Assembly: GCA_965228895.1 (NCBI GenBank)
Contig: OZ245842.1
Coordinates: 3,648,001 to 3,712,000, forward strand
Direction: 5' to 3'
From: Alphaproteobacteria bacterium
GTDB taxonomy: Bacteria > Pseudomonadota > Alphaproteobacteria > SP197
DNA length: 64,000 nt
Positions 55,593 through 64,000 of this stretch are shown piece by piece. A program made the translations under genes and the position numbers. Below the pieces are notes generated by a model that had not been told where the DNA came from, did not search any database, and worked only from the letters and a program-made list of their open reading frames with translations. Within the stretch, counting starts at the first letter, position 1. Every line of letters starts with the position of its first letter.

Positions 55593-57608
55593 CTAGCGCT
55601 GCCGCCAGGCCTGACTTCGGCGCCCCAGAACTCGGCCGGCGCCAGCATGAAGCAGGCGCGCGGTAACGTTGGTGTAGAAGATCATCATGCCCATGGCGGC
55701 CGCCGGAGCGATATCGCCGGCATCGTCCATGTTCAACACGGCGACGGCGGCCAGCGTCGTCTGCGGGCTATAGAGGAACACCACGGCGGAAACGGTCGTC
55801 ATGGCATTGACGAACATGTAGATCGCGATGTCCAGGATCGCCGGCTGGCAGACCGGCATGGTGACCCGGCCGAACACCTTCCATACCGACTGCTTGAGCG
55901 ACGCGGAAACCGACTCGAACTCGCGGTCCATCTGCTTCAGCGCGGTCGTCGCTGTCAGATGGGCGACCGTGTAGAAATGGGCGATCGTACAGATCACAAG
56001 GATCGCCATGGTGCCGTAGAGAAAGCCCAGCGGATTGTCCGGGTGATTGAAGAAGAAGATGTAGGAGAGGCCCAGCACCATGCCCGGCACCGCCATCGGC
56101 ATCATGGCGAGTAATTGCAGCAACCAGCGGCCGCCAGCGAAGACCCGCGTCTTCTCGACCACGAAGGCGCCGATGAAGACAATGACGGTGCCGATCAGCG
56201 CGACATAAAACGCCATGCGCAGCGAGTTGCCGTAAGAATCCCAACCGCCGCCGTCCATGCGGTCAAAGTCGTAGTTCTTCAGGCTGAAGCTCAGGTCATA
56301 AGGCCAGAACTTGAACAACGCGGCCAACTGACACATGGCGAGAATGCCGAGGATAAAGAACGACACCAGAGCGCAATAGGCCAGCATGGAGATGTCGAAG
56401 CGTAGATTTCTGGTCGGTACGTAAGGCACGGCACGCGCCGACAAGAGCGCGACCTGGCGCCGCCGTACACGGCGGTCGACGGTGAATGCGACCAGCGCAG
56501 GCACCAACAGGATCATTGAGACGACCGCGCCCATCTGGAAGTTCTGCTGGCCGATCACCTGTTTGTAGATATCGAGCGCCAGCACGTTGTAGCCGCCGCC
56601 GATCACCTTGGGCACGCCGAAATCGGTGATGACCAGCGTGAAGACGACAAAGGCCGAGGAGATCAGACCATAACGCGCGCCGGGCACGGTGACCGTCCAG
56701 AACGTACGCCAACGCGTCGCCCTCAACGCGATCGAGGCCTCGTAGAGTCTGGCATCGGAAATCGACAGCGCGACCAGGATGATCAGGAAGGCGTGCGGAA
56801 AGGTAAAGAAGACCGACGCGATGACGATGCCGATAGGCCCATAGATCGATTCACCCATCAACAGCGTGTTGAGCGGGCCCTGGTTGCCGAACAGATAGAC
56901 GAGCCCGATACCGGGCAGAAGCGACGGCACCAGGATCGGCACCATGGCGATGGTCTTGAAGAGGCCCTTCGCCGGCATACAGCTTCGCGTGATTGCATAG
57001 GCAAAACCGAAGGCCAGTGGCACGACGATGAAGGTCGTGATCAGCGACACGATCAGGCTGTTCAGGATCGATCCGCGCAGCGACGGTGTCTCGAAATAGA
57101 AGAGATAGTTATCCAGCGTGACATGGCTGACCGGGCGCACCAGCACCTTGCCCAGACCTGATCGCTCGACCTCACGCCACGCATCGTCGATACTGACGCT
57201 GCCGTCGAACAGCAGCATGCCTTTGTCGTCGGACAGGTCGCGCAGGCGGAACAGCTCGACATCCTTGCGGTCGGCTTTGGAGATCAGCTTGGACACCTGA
57301 AGCCGCGTGCGTTCGCTGGGCCTGAGCCCGTCGTTAAGCGGCGTGCCCAATCTCTCCTGCCAGTAGGCCAGGCTATGCGCCTCGCCCCAGGTGCCGTCGG
57401 GAAGCTGGAACTGAACCTCGACGTCCTGAAGCTTAAAGCCGTAGGTCCTGAGCGACTGCTCGAACATCGCCAGCAAAGGCGCGGCGACGGCGACCACCAG
57501 ATAGAGCGCGATGATGACGATCAGGCCGCGCGTCGTGATGCCGTCGGAGGTTGCGCCGCGCGCCGCGGCGGCGACCGCCGGTCCTGCCGTGTCGCCGGCC
57601 GCGCTCAT
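55593..57608 (-). CDS. Putative 2-aminoethylphosphonate ABC transporter permease (fused double domain)
   Basis: PSLLPGIGLVYLFGNQG, TDFGVPKVIGG, NAMTTVSAVVFLY, NMDDAG. Confidence 0.85.
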   Translation of the reverse strand: MSAAGDTAGPAVAAAARGATSDGITTRGLIVIIALYLVVAVAAPLLAMFEQSLRTYGFKLQDVEVQFQLPDGTWGEAHSLAYWQERLGTPLNDGLRPSERTRLQVSKLISKADRKDVELFRLRDLSDDKGMLLFDGSVSIDDAWREVERSGLGKVLVRPVSHVTLDNYLFYFETPSLRGSILNSLIVSLITTFIVVPLAFGFAYAITRSCMPAKGLFKTIAMVPILVPSLLPGIGLVYLFGNQGPLNTLLMGESIYGPIGIVIASVFFTFPHAFLIILVALSISDARLYEASIALRATRWRTFWTVTVPGARYGLISSAFVVFTLVITDFGVPKVIGGGYNVLALDIYKQVIGQQNFQMGAVVSMILLVPALVAFTVDRRVRRRQVALLSARAVPYVPTRNLRFDISMLAYCALVSFFILGILAMCQLAALFKFWPYDLSFSLKNYDFDRMDGGGWDSYGNSLRMAFYVALIGTVIVFIGAFVVEKTRVFAGGRWLLQLLAMMPMAVPGMVLGLSYIFFFNHPDNPLGFLYGTMAILVICTIAHFYTVAHLTATTALKQMDREFESVSASLKQSVWKVFGRVTMPVCQPAILDIAIYMFVNAMTTVSAVVFLYSPQTTLAAVAVLNMDDAGDIAPAAAMGMMIFYTNVTARLLHAGAGRVLGRRSQAWRQR

Positions 57609-58714
57609 GACCGGGCGAAGAGCTGAATACGATCGGCCGGCAGATGCAGTCGGATGGTTTCGCCGTGCCTAAGGCCTCCGGTATCACCGCCCTGGACCGG
57701 CATGTCGACGCTTAAGCTCGCCGTGTCGCCGAGGTCGCCCCCTGAGACTTCTAGGCGTTGAAACGAGCCCAGAAACTCGATGTCGCCGACAACCACGGTC
57801 AGTTCGCCTTCGGCGCCGCCGCGTTCAAGCTTCACATCTTCCGGCCTAATCGCGAGCGTCACCTTGTCGCCAGTCTGGTGGCCATGTGTCGGACAGGCGA
57901 TGCGGTGCGCACCGACCTTGACGCTGCCATCGTCGGCGACCACGGCTTCGATCAGGTTCATCTTGCCGATAAAGTCGGCGACAAAGGCGGTGGCCGGCGC
58001 GCCATAGATTTCTTCCGGCGTGCCGATCTGTTCGATGTGGCCCTCGTTCATGACGACGATGCGGTCGGCCATGGTCAGCGCTTCTTCCTGATCGTGCGTC
58101 ACCATGATGGTGGTGACGCCGAGCTCGCGCTGCAGGTGCTTGATCTCGCGGCGCAGTCGGCCACGCACCTTGGCATCCAGCGCCGACAGGGGTTCATCGA
58201 GCAGCAGAAGACCCGGCGACGGCGCAAGCGCGCGCGCCAGCGCGACACGCTGCTGCTGGCCGCCGGAAAGCTGTGCCGGGTACTTGTCGGCCTGGTCCGC
58301 AAGCCCGACGGTGGCCAACAGTTCGTCGACGCGATTGTTGATGTCGGTGCGTTTCAGTCCGCGGTTTTCCAGGCCGTAGGCGATGTTGGCGCGTACGGTG
58401 AGATTGGGAAACAAGGCATAGGACTGAAAGACGATACCGAAATCACGGTGTGTCGCGGGCAGGCCTGAGACATCGCGGCCGGCTTGCACGATGCGACCGG
58501 CTGTCTGATTTTCGAGACCGGCGATGATGCGCAACAGCGTCGTCTTGCCGCAGCCTGACGGCCCCAGAAAACACACGAACTCGCCGGCGTGTATGTCAAG
58601 GCCGACCTCGGATAGCGCCGCAAAGTCACCAAACAGTTTTGAGATGCCGGAAAGACTCAGATAAGCCTCGCCGGTCGGGGTCTCGTCATCCGGGGTGACA
58701 GCCACCACGCTCAT
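57605..58714 (-). CDS. ABC transporter ATP-binding protein (putative 2-AEP)
   Basis: GPSGCGKT, LSGGQQQR, LLLDEP, C-terminal TOBE domain. Confidence 0.92.
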   Translation of the reverse strand: MSVVAVTPDDETPTGEAYLSLSGISKLFGDFAALSEVGLDIHAGEFVCFLGPSGCGKTTLLRIIAGLENQTAGRIVQAGRDVSGLPATHRDFGIVFQSYALFPNLTVRANIAYGLENRGLKRTDINNRVDELLATVGLADQADKYPAQLSGGQQQRVALARALAPSPGLLLLDEPLSALDAKVRGRLRREIKHLQRELGVTTIMVTHDQEEALTMADRIVVMNEGHIEQIGTPEEIYGAPATAFVADFIGKMNLIEAVVADDGSVKVGAHRIACPTHGHQTGDKVTLAIRPEDVKLERGGAEGELTVVVGDIEFLGSFQRLEVSGGDLGDTASLSVDMPVQGGDTGGLRHGETIRLHLPADRIQLFARS

Positions 58715-58727
58715 CGAAGTCTCCGAT

Positions 58728-58779
58728 AAAACGGCGAACCCTCCGCGCCTTTCTTTGAGGACGCGAAGGGTTCCGTTTT
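58728..58779. terminator. Stable hairpin between the SBP and ATPase genes (partial terminator or mRNA stabiliser)
   Basis: AAAACGG-c-GAACCCT-c-CGCG ... CGCG-a-AGGGTTC-CGTTTT. Confidence 0.6.
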
Positions 58780-58792
58780 CACCCGTGCTCTA

Positions 58793-59833
58793 TCAGCCTT
58801 CCGGTTCCGACTTCTCGTCGTAGCGCGACTGCCACTCGGCCAGGATGCGCTCCCGGTTCTGGGCGGCCCACTCAAAGTCGTTATCGATCATGGCATCGGT
58901 GATGCCTTCGGGAAAATGCTCGACCGGCTGTGCCAGCTCGGTGATGCCGATGACGGCATAACCTTCGTTGTACATCCGGTTGGCGTCTTCGCTGATCGAC
59001 CAGTCGACCAGAGTCTGCGCGGCCTCAAGGTTATCGGTGCCGGCGACGATCGCGGTCGCCTCCATGTCCCAACCAATACCCTCCTCGGGGATAATGATCT
59101 CCAACGGTGCGCCGTCCGCTTTCGACTTGGCGCCACGGAAAGCGAAGGAGACGCCGATCGGCACTTCGCCGCGCGCTGCATCCTTGCACGGCTTGGAGCC
59201 CGAATGGGTGTAGAACGCGATGTTCTCGTGCAACCGGTCCATATAGTCCCAGCCGCCGTCCTCACCGAACAGCTGCAACCAGGACGAGACGTCCAGGAAG
59301 CCGGTGCCCGACGAGTTGGGGTTGGGCATGGCGACATGGCCCTGATAGACGGGATCGGTCAGGTCTTCCCATGAGCTCGGCATCGGCAGGCCGTTCTTTT
59401 CGGCCTCCACCGTGTTGACGCAAATCGCGGCGACCCAGGCGTCCATGCCGGTCCAATAGGGCGGCTCGGCGGCGTCACGGAACTTCGAGTTCAAGCGATC
59501 GAGGCCAGCGGGCGCATAGGGTTCCAGCATGCCTTCGCTTTTCATCAGCAGCAGCGAGGTTGCGGCCAGCCCCCAAACCACATCCGCCTGGGGATTATCT
59601 TTTTCGGCCAACAACTTGGCTGTCACGACACCGGTCGAATCGCGAACCCAGTTGATCGTGATATCCGGATGCGCTTCGTTGAAACGCTCGGCGTATTTGT
59701 CCAGATCCTCAGCCTCGACGGCGGTATAGACCGTCAACTCCGTCTGGGCGAAAGCGGTCGTTGCCATCAGTCCGGCCACGGCCGCGCCAAGCACGCCGGT
59801 CGTCAAGGTCTTGAGATATGTGTGAATGCTCAT
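58793..59833 (-). CDS. Putative 2-aminoethylphosphonate ABC transporter substrate-binding protein (AepX-like)
   Basis: Signal peptide; LTVYTA, WVRDSTG, VWGLAATSL, MPNPNSSGTG, YTHSGSKPC. Confidence 0.85.
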   Translation of the reverse strand: MSIHTYLKTLTTGVLGAAVAGLMATTAFAQTELTVYTAVEAEDLDKYAERFNEAHPDITINWVRDSTGVVTAKLLAEKDNPQADVVWGLAATSLLLMKSEGMLEPYAPAGLDRLNSKFRDAAEPPYWTGMDAWVAAICVNTVEAEKNGLPMPSSWEDLTDPVYQGHVAMPNPNSSGTGFLDVSSWLQLFGEDGGWDYMDRLHENIAFYTHSGSKPCKDAARGEVPIGVSFAFRGAKSKADGAPLEIIIPEEGIGWDMEATAIVAGTDNLEAAQTLVDWSISEDANRMYNEGYAVIGITELAQPVEHFPEGITDAMIDNDFEWAAQNRERILAEWQSRYDEKSEPEG

Positions 59834-60019
59834 GCAGGTACTCCCCGAGTGAATGTTGCCCCGGCGCGGCGAGCAGCCGCCCCGTCCCCGCCGTCCGGCC
59901 TTTTCTGGTCTTACGGCCAGCACAGCAGGATCGGCAAATGACAGGATAATGACGGCCGCGGACACTTGCTACGGAATTGTCGCGGCTGGAGCATCAATCA
60001 TTCAATAAAATCAATCTCT

Positions 60020-60044
60020 TATAGATCTATACGTCTAGACGTAT
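60020..60044. promoter_or_regulatory. Overlapping palindromes; candidate GntR/HutC-type (PhnF/PhnR-like) operator
   Basis: TATAGATCTATA (60020-60031) and the perfect 16-mer ATACGTCTAGACGTAT (60029-60044) in AT-rich DNA upstream of the transporter. Confidence 0.5.
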
Positions 60045-60084
60045 TGAGATACCGCACCGCATTTCTGATGTCCGCTTGGCAAGA

Positions 60085-60462
60085 TCAACCTGTCTTGGTT
60101 AGGTCCTGCGCCAGCATCAGGGCATTGCGGTCGGGATCATAGAACGTTGCCGTGCTGACCATCCCTTCGATGGTTTCGGTCTCCCCGTCGAAGATCACAC
60201 CGGCTTTTTCCAACGCGGCCCGTGCGGCGTCGATGTTCATGACCCCGAACACAGGGACCGTGTTGCCCGGGCTGGGCTCTGCCTGTTCGCCTAGGCCCAG
60301 GGTGACGCCTTCAGTCTTGGTCTGCATTTCGCTCCACCCGGCTTCGTCAATATGGTGGATCAGCGCGAAACCGAGATTGTCTTCGTACCATCGTGCGCTT
60401 TTGTGCCTGTCGCGAACCGACAACGCCAACGTGATGGTGTTTTCCAACGAAACGACGGGCAT
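60085..60462 (-). CDS. VOC/glyoxalase family protein
   Basis: LSVRDRHKSARWYEDNLGF, FYDPDRN. Confidence 0.88.
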   Translation of the reverse strand: MPVVSLENTITLALSVRDRHKSARWYEDNLGFALIHHIDEAGWSEMQTKTEGVTLGLGEQAEPSPGNTVPVFGVMNIDAARAALEKAGVIFDGETETIEGMVSTATFYDPDRNALMLAQDLTKTG

Positions 60463-60502
60463 GATTCTTTCCATATTATCAAAAATATATTAACTATACT
60501 TT

Positions 60503-61039
60503 ATGGACATCCGACTCCTTGTCAAGCTCACGTCCAAAGCGTGGTCGTTGAATATTCTGGCCCTCTTGCATACCGGTGTGCCGGGCCGACAAGCGCCTTT
60601 GCTGGCGGCAACAAGCGCAAGCCGGACCTCGTTTACGTCAAGTCTGAATCATCTTGTGCAACTCGGACTGCTGGAAAGAAACCCGGGTCATGGTCATCCG
60701 TTAAGGCCCGAATTCCGACTGACACCGCGCGGTATTGTCGCTGCCGAGGCGGCCAGCAGAATCGTGGGGGTCGTACCCGATGACAAAGAGTTCGCATTGT
60801 TGCGGCGTAACTGGAGCGTGCCGATTCTGGCGGTGACCGCGACGCCGCAACGCTTCTCGACAATCAAGTCCGGTCTGGTGCCCATCACGGACCGAGCCTT
60901 GTCGAAGTCGTTGTGCATGCTCGAAGAAAGAGCGTGGCTCAAGCGCAACGTTGATATCTCACAGCGCGCGCCGTTCCCGACATATCACGCTGTCAATGCA
61001 GGCAGGAAAATCAACAAGGCGATTGGCCTGAGCGCCTAG
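60503..61039 (+). CDS. HxlR-like double winged-helix regulator
   Basis: Two wHTH repeats; RNPGHGHPLRPE, WSVPIL, ITDRALSKSL; divergent from the VOC gene. Confidence 0.85.
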   Translation: MDIRLLVKLTSKAWSLNILALLHTGVPGRQAPLLAATSASRTSFTSSLNHLVQLGLLERNPGHGHPLRPEFRLTPRGIVAAEAASRIVGVVPDDKEFALLRRNWSVPILAVTATPQRFSTIKSGLVPITDRALSKSLCMLEERAWLKRNVDISQRAPFPTYHAVNAGRKINKAIGLSA

Positions 61040-61054
61040 CTGGAAACGACAGCA

Positions 61055-61996
61055 TCACAAGGACCCGTCTTCGATGCCCCTGGCAACCATGGCCGCGCCG
61101 CATGGTGGTTGATCCATCAGCCAGTCGCGGAACGCCGCGATCTTGGTTTCACCGCGCCGCGCGCCGTCATAAACGAGGTAATAGGAAAACGGATGGGGCG
61201 CGGCGAACGTGAACGGCCGCACCAGCCGCCCGGCCTCGACATCAGCGGCGGCCAATTCGACGTAACCCATCGCAATACCCAACCCGTCGATCGCCGCCTG
61301 CAGCGCCAGGCTGGGATCATGAAACGACAGGCCGGGCAAGTTATCCGGCACATCGACACCGGCCGCGCGCAGCCAAAGCCGCCACTCCTCGCCCAGTTCG
61401 TGGCCGGTGATATCGGCGTGGATCAAGGTTGCTTGCAAGAGATCCCCGGGCGACGGGGCACCGCCCAGACGGTTCAGAAAACTCTGGCTGCAGACCGGCG
61501 CCAGATGTATCGGCAGCATGAACTCCTCCACCAGCCCGGTCCATGGCGGCACGCCGCAACGAATCGCGACATCGGACTCACCGGCGGCCAGATCCAAGAA
61601 ACCCAGGGCCGGATGCAGGTGGATCGCGATATCGCCATGGGCGTTGCGCCAGTCGCCTAGTCGCGGGATCAGCCACTTGGCCGCCAGGGTCGGCGTTGTC
61701 GTCACCCGCAGCACGTCTTCATCCGGCGCTGCGACCAGCCCGTCGAGCGTCGCTGTGATGCGATCGAAGGACTCCGCCAGCACCGGCAACAGGGTGTGGC
61801 CCGCCTCGGTCAACGCGACGCCGCGGTTGGTGCGGGTGAAGAGCGAAATGCCGAGCATCTCCTCAAGCTGGCGTATTTGATGGCTCACCGCGCTGTGGGT
61901 CACGGCCAGCTCGTCGGCGGCGCGCGAGAAGCTTAGATGGCGCGCGGCGGCCTCGAAAGCCCTCAGCGAATTGAAATGCAACGATCTCCGGCGCAT
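61055..61996 (-). CDS. LysR family regulator (GcvA-like)
   Basis: LRAFEAAARHLSFSRAADELAVT, WLIPRL, DVAIR. Confidence 0.93.
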   Translation of the reverse strand: MRRRSLHFNSLRAFEAAARHLSFSRAADELAVTHSAVSHQIRQLEEMLGISLFTRTNRGVALTEAGHTLLPVLAESFDRITATLDGLVAAPDEDVLRVTTTPTLAAKWLIPRLGDWRNAHGDIAIHLHPALGFLDLAAGESDVAIRCGVPPWTGLVEEFMLPIHLAPVCSQSFLNRLGGAPSPGDLLQATLIHADITGHELGEEWRLWLRAAGVDVPDNLPGLSFHDPSLALQAAIDGLGIAMGYVELAAADVEAGRLVRPFTFAAPHPFSYYLVYDGARRGETKIAAFRDWLMDQPPCGAAMVARGIEDGSL

Positions 61997-62108
61997 GGCT
62001 GAGCCTTGATGTGAACGGAACTAACAGCAATGGTGCAGAATCGTCGTTTGCTGTCAAACCGCCCTGTACGGCATACCGTTGGGCGATCAGATTTTTGGGA
62101 CCGGCACC

Positions 62109-63470
62109 ATGACCTCACACGCCGCAGCTTCGACCCGACCCCACGCCGCGTTCGACGGCTACCACCAGACCGGACCGGGCGACAGCGACGAACGCCTGAC
62201 CCGCGTCGGACCGGGGACGCCCGCCGGCGAACTGTTGCGCCGCTTCTGGCAACCGGTCGCCATGACCAGCGAGATCGGCGAACGCCCCAGCCTGATCCGT
62301 ATCCTGGGCGAAGACCTCGTTCTGTTTCGCGACAAGTCGGGAACGATCGGTCTGGTTCACCGCAACTGCCCACACCGCCGCGCGTCGCTCGAATACGGCA
62401 CCTGTGAAACGCGCGGTATCCGTTGCTGCTATCACGGCTGGCTGTTCGATGCCGACGGTACGGTCCTGGAAGTCCCCGGCCAGCCCGACGGCGTCGAGGA
62501 CAAACTGCGCGCCTCGGTCCGTCTCGGCGCTTATCCGGTGCGCGAGTACCGCGGTCTCGTCTTTGCCTATATGGGGCCGCCGGATCTGTGTCCCGAGTTT
62601 CCGATCTACGACACCCAGGAGATCCCCGACCAGGTCTACGTTCCCTATCGCGCGCCATTCCACTGCAACTGGCTGCAGGTGCTCGACGCCATTCTCGATC
62701 CCATTCACACGAGCTTCCTGCATTCGCGCATCAGCCGCGAGCAGTTCTCCGAAGGGTTCGGCGAAGTCGGCGAGATGAAGTTCTACGAACGCCAGTTCGG
62801 TTTCATCGGCACCAATTCGCGGCGCGTCGACGACAACGTGTGGGTGCGCGTCAACGAACTCGTCCTGCCGAACTACACCCAGGCTGGCGCCGCCTTTGCC
62901 GCCGACGGCACGCAGTCGCGCTATTTCGGGCGTACAGCCTTTGCCCGCTGGGTTGTGCCGATCGACGACGAGGACACGCAATGCCTCGCCTGGGCCTGTT
63001 TCGGTGAACGCGGCGACCCCCACGAGTACAACACGCCGGAAGGCCCCGAACTGATCGAACAAGGCGAAGTGTTCGACCGGCCCTATGACGAGCGCCAGCG
63101 CTATCCCGCCGACGCCGAAGCCTGCGAAGGCATGGGCGCGATCACCGAACACTCGCTGGAGAATTTGGTGCCCAGCGACAAGGGTATCGTCATGGCGCGC
63201 CGCCGCCTGGCCGCCATGGCGAAGGCGCTCGAAGAGGGTACCGAACCCGATAACACCGCGACCTTCTGGCCCGGTCCCGTGCCGACCTATGGCGGCGACA
63301 CGGTGCTGCGCGCGCCGGCCAGGACGAACGACGACCGCAAGCTGTTGCGCGATGTCGCCAAGGCGGTGATGGACATCCAGTTTGGCGCCGAAGAACTCAT
63401 CGGTGTCGAACGCGACAACCAGGTGATCGCCCAATTGAAAGACCTCGAAGCGCGTGGGATCGCATCATGA
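62109..63470 (+). CDS. Rieske non-heme iron oxygenase alpha subunit (phthalate dioxygenase/LigX-like)
   Basis: LTRVGPGTPAGELLRRFWQP, CPHR...CCYHGW, NWLQ...DPIHTSFLH. Confidence 0.92.
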   Translation: MTSHAAASTRPHAAFDGYHQTGPGDSDERLTRVGPGTPAGELLRRFWQPVAMTSEIGERPSLIRILGEDLVLFRDKSGTIGLVHRNCPHRRASLEYGTCETRGIRCCYHGWLFDADGTVLEVPGQPDGVEDKLRASVRLGAYPVREYRGLVFAYMGPPDLCPEFPIYDTQEIPDQVYVPYRAPFHCNWLQVLDAILDPIHTSFLHSRISREQFSEGFGEVGEMKFYERQFGFIGTNSRRVDDNVWVRVNELVLPNYTQAGAAFAADGTQSRYFGRTAFARWVVPIDDEDTQCLAWACFGERGDPHEYNTPEGPELIEQGEVFDRPYDERQRYPADAEACEGMGAITEHSLENLVPSDKGIVMARRRLAAMAKALEEGTEPDNTATFWPGPVPTYGGDTVLRAPARTNDDRKLLRDVAKAVMDIQFGAEELIGVERDNQVIAQLKDLEARGIAS

Positions 63471-64000
63471 GCGCCGAACGCAAGGTTCGCGTCCACGTCA
63501 AGAACAACCACGCCTCACCCGACACCTTCCCGCCGACACCGGAGGGCGAGGAGGTTTTCACCATCACGGCGGAACGGTTCAAGGCGGCGGCAGGGCGCCA
63601 TCCCGATGTCGGGCCGCATCTCGACGTGCTCATCGATTGGGACACCGACCACTTCGCGGACTCCATGGCAACCGCCGAGGCACTGGTGACCTGGGACCTG
63701 CCGACCGAGAATCTGGGCGACGTCGCGCCCAACCTCAAATGGATCCACATCATCGGCGCCGGCGTTGAACACCTGTGCCCCATGGATTGGGTTCCCGACG
63801 GCGTCACGGTCGTGAACAACAAGGGCGCGCACAAGGCCAAGGCCGGCGAGTTCGCGTTGATGGCCGTCTTGATGCTGCACACCAAGATGCCGGCCATCAC
63901 CTTCAACCAGCGAACCGCCGACTGGACGTCGCTTTATTCGTCGCCGATCGCCGGCAAGACGGCGCTGATCGTCGGCACCGGCAGCCTGGGCAGCGGCGCG
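63467..64000 (+). CDS. D-2-hydroxyacid dehydrogenase (5' part, runs off the window)
   Basis: ATGA overlap with the Rieske gene; APNLKWIHIIGAGVEH; IVGTGSLG Rossmann start at the window end. Confidence 0.85.
   Translation, partial: MSAERKVRVHVKNNHASPDTFPPTPEGEEVFTITAERFKAAAGRHPDVGPHLDVLIDWDTDHFADSMATAEALVTWDLPTENLGDVAPNLKWIHIIGAGVEHLCPMDWVPDGVTVVNNKGAHKAKAGEFALMAVLMLHTKMPAITFNQRTADWTSLYSSPIAGKTALIVGTGSLGSGA

Noticed and set aside
464-63434. Many long antisense or alternate-frame ORFs (e.g. 464-2161, 5996-7480, 24449-26305, 28455-30158, 39500-41077, 42790-44286, 51234-52745, 62115-63434)
   Set aside because: Shadow ORFs typical of GC-rich genes; they overlap well-supported CDSs and have no family motifs.

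Overview
GC-rich chromosomal window, most likely from an alphaproteobacterium (Rhodospirillales-like; inferred from protein families, a SAM-II riboswitch, a ROSE element and palindromic repeats). It is densely coding and mostly catabolic or housekeeping: metZ with a SAM-II riboswitch, ibpA with an RpoH promoter and ROSE thermometer, betA, a DMG-dehydrogenase-like enzyme, a TMADH-like flavoprotein, hydantoinase A/B, DoeB/DoeA-like hydrolases, bfr/bfd, a putative 2-aminoethylphosphonate ABC transporter and a Rieske oxygenase. I saw no rRNA, tRNA, CRISPR array, integrase or transposase. The standout is a ~2.7 kb insert (48191-50915) whose main gene is low in GC, bracketed by a duplicated 3' end of an Old Yellow Enzyme gene. 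It encodes an intact 680-aa protein: an alphaproteobacterial-type SAM synthetase (MetK) domain that has selectively lost its triphosphate/metal/methionine-binding residues, fused to an alpha/beta + coiled-coil + hydrophobic-tail module. My inference (untested) is a MetK decoy or SAM-sensing anti-phage protein, since phage SAM lyases are known to bind host MetK. A second, smaller insert with the same duplicated-gene-3'-end topology surrounds a nitroreductase gene. All calls are by eye, and start codons are best guesses.
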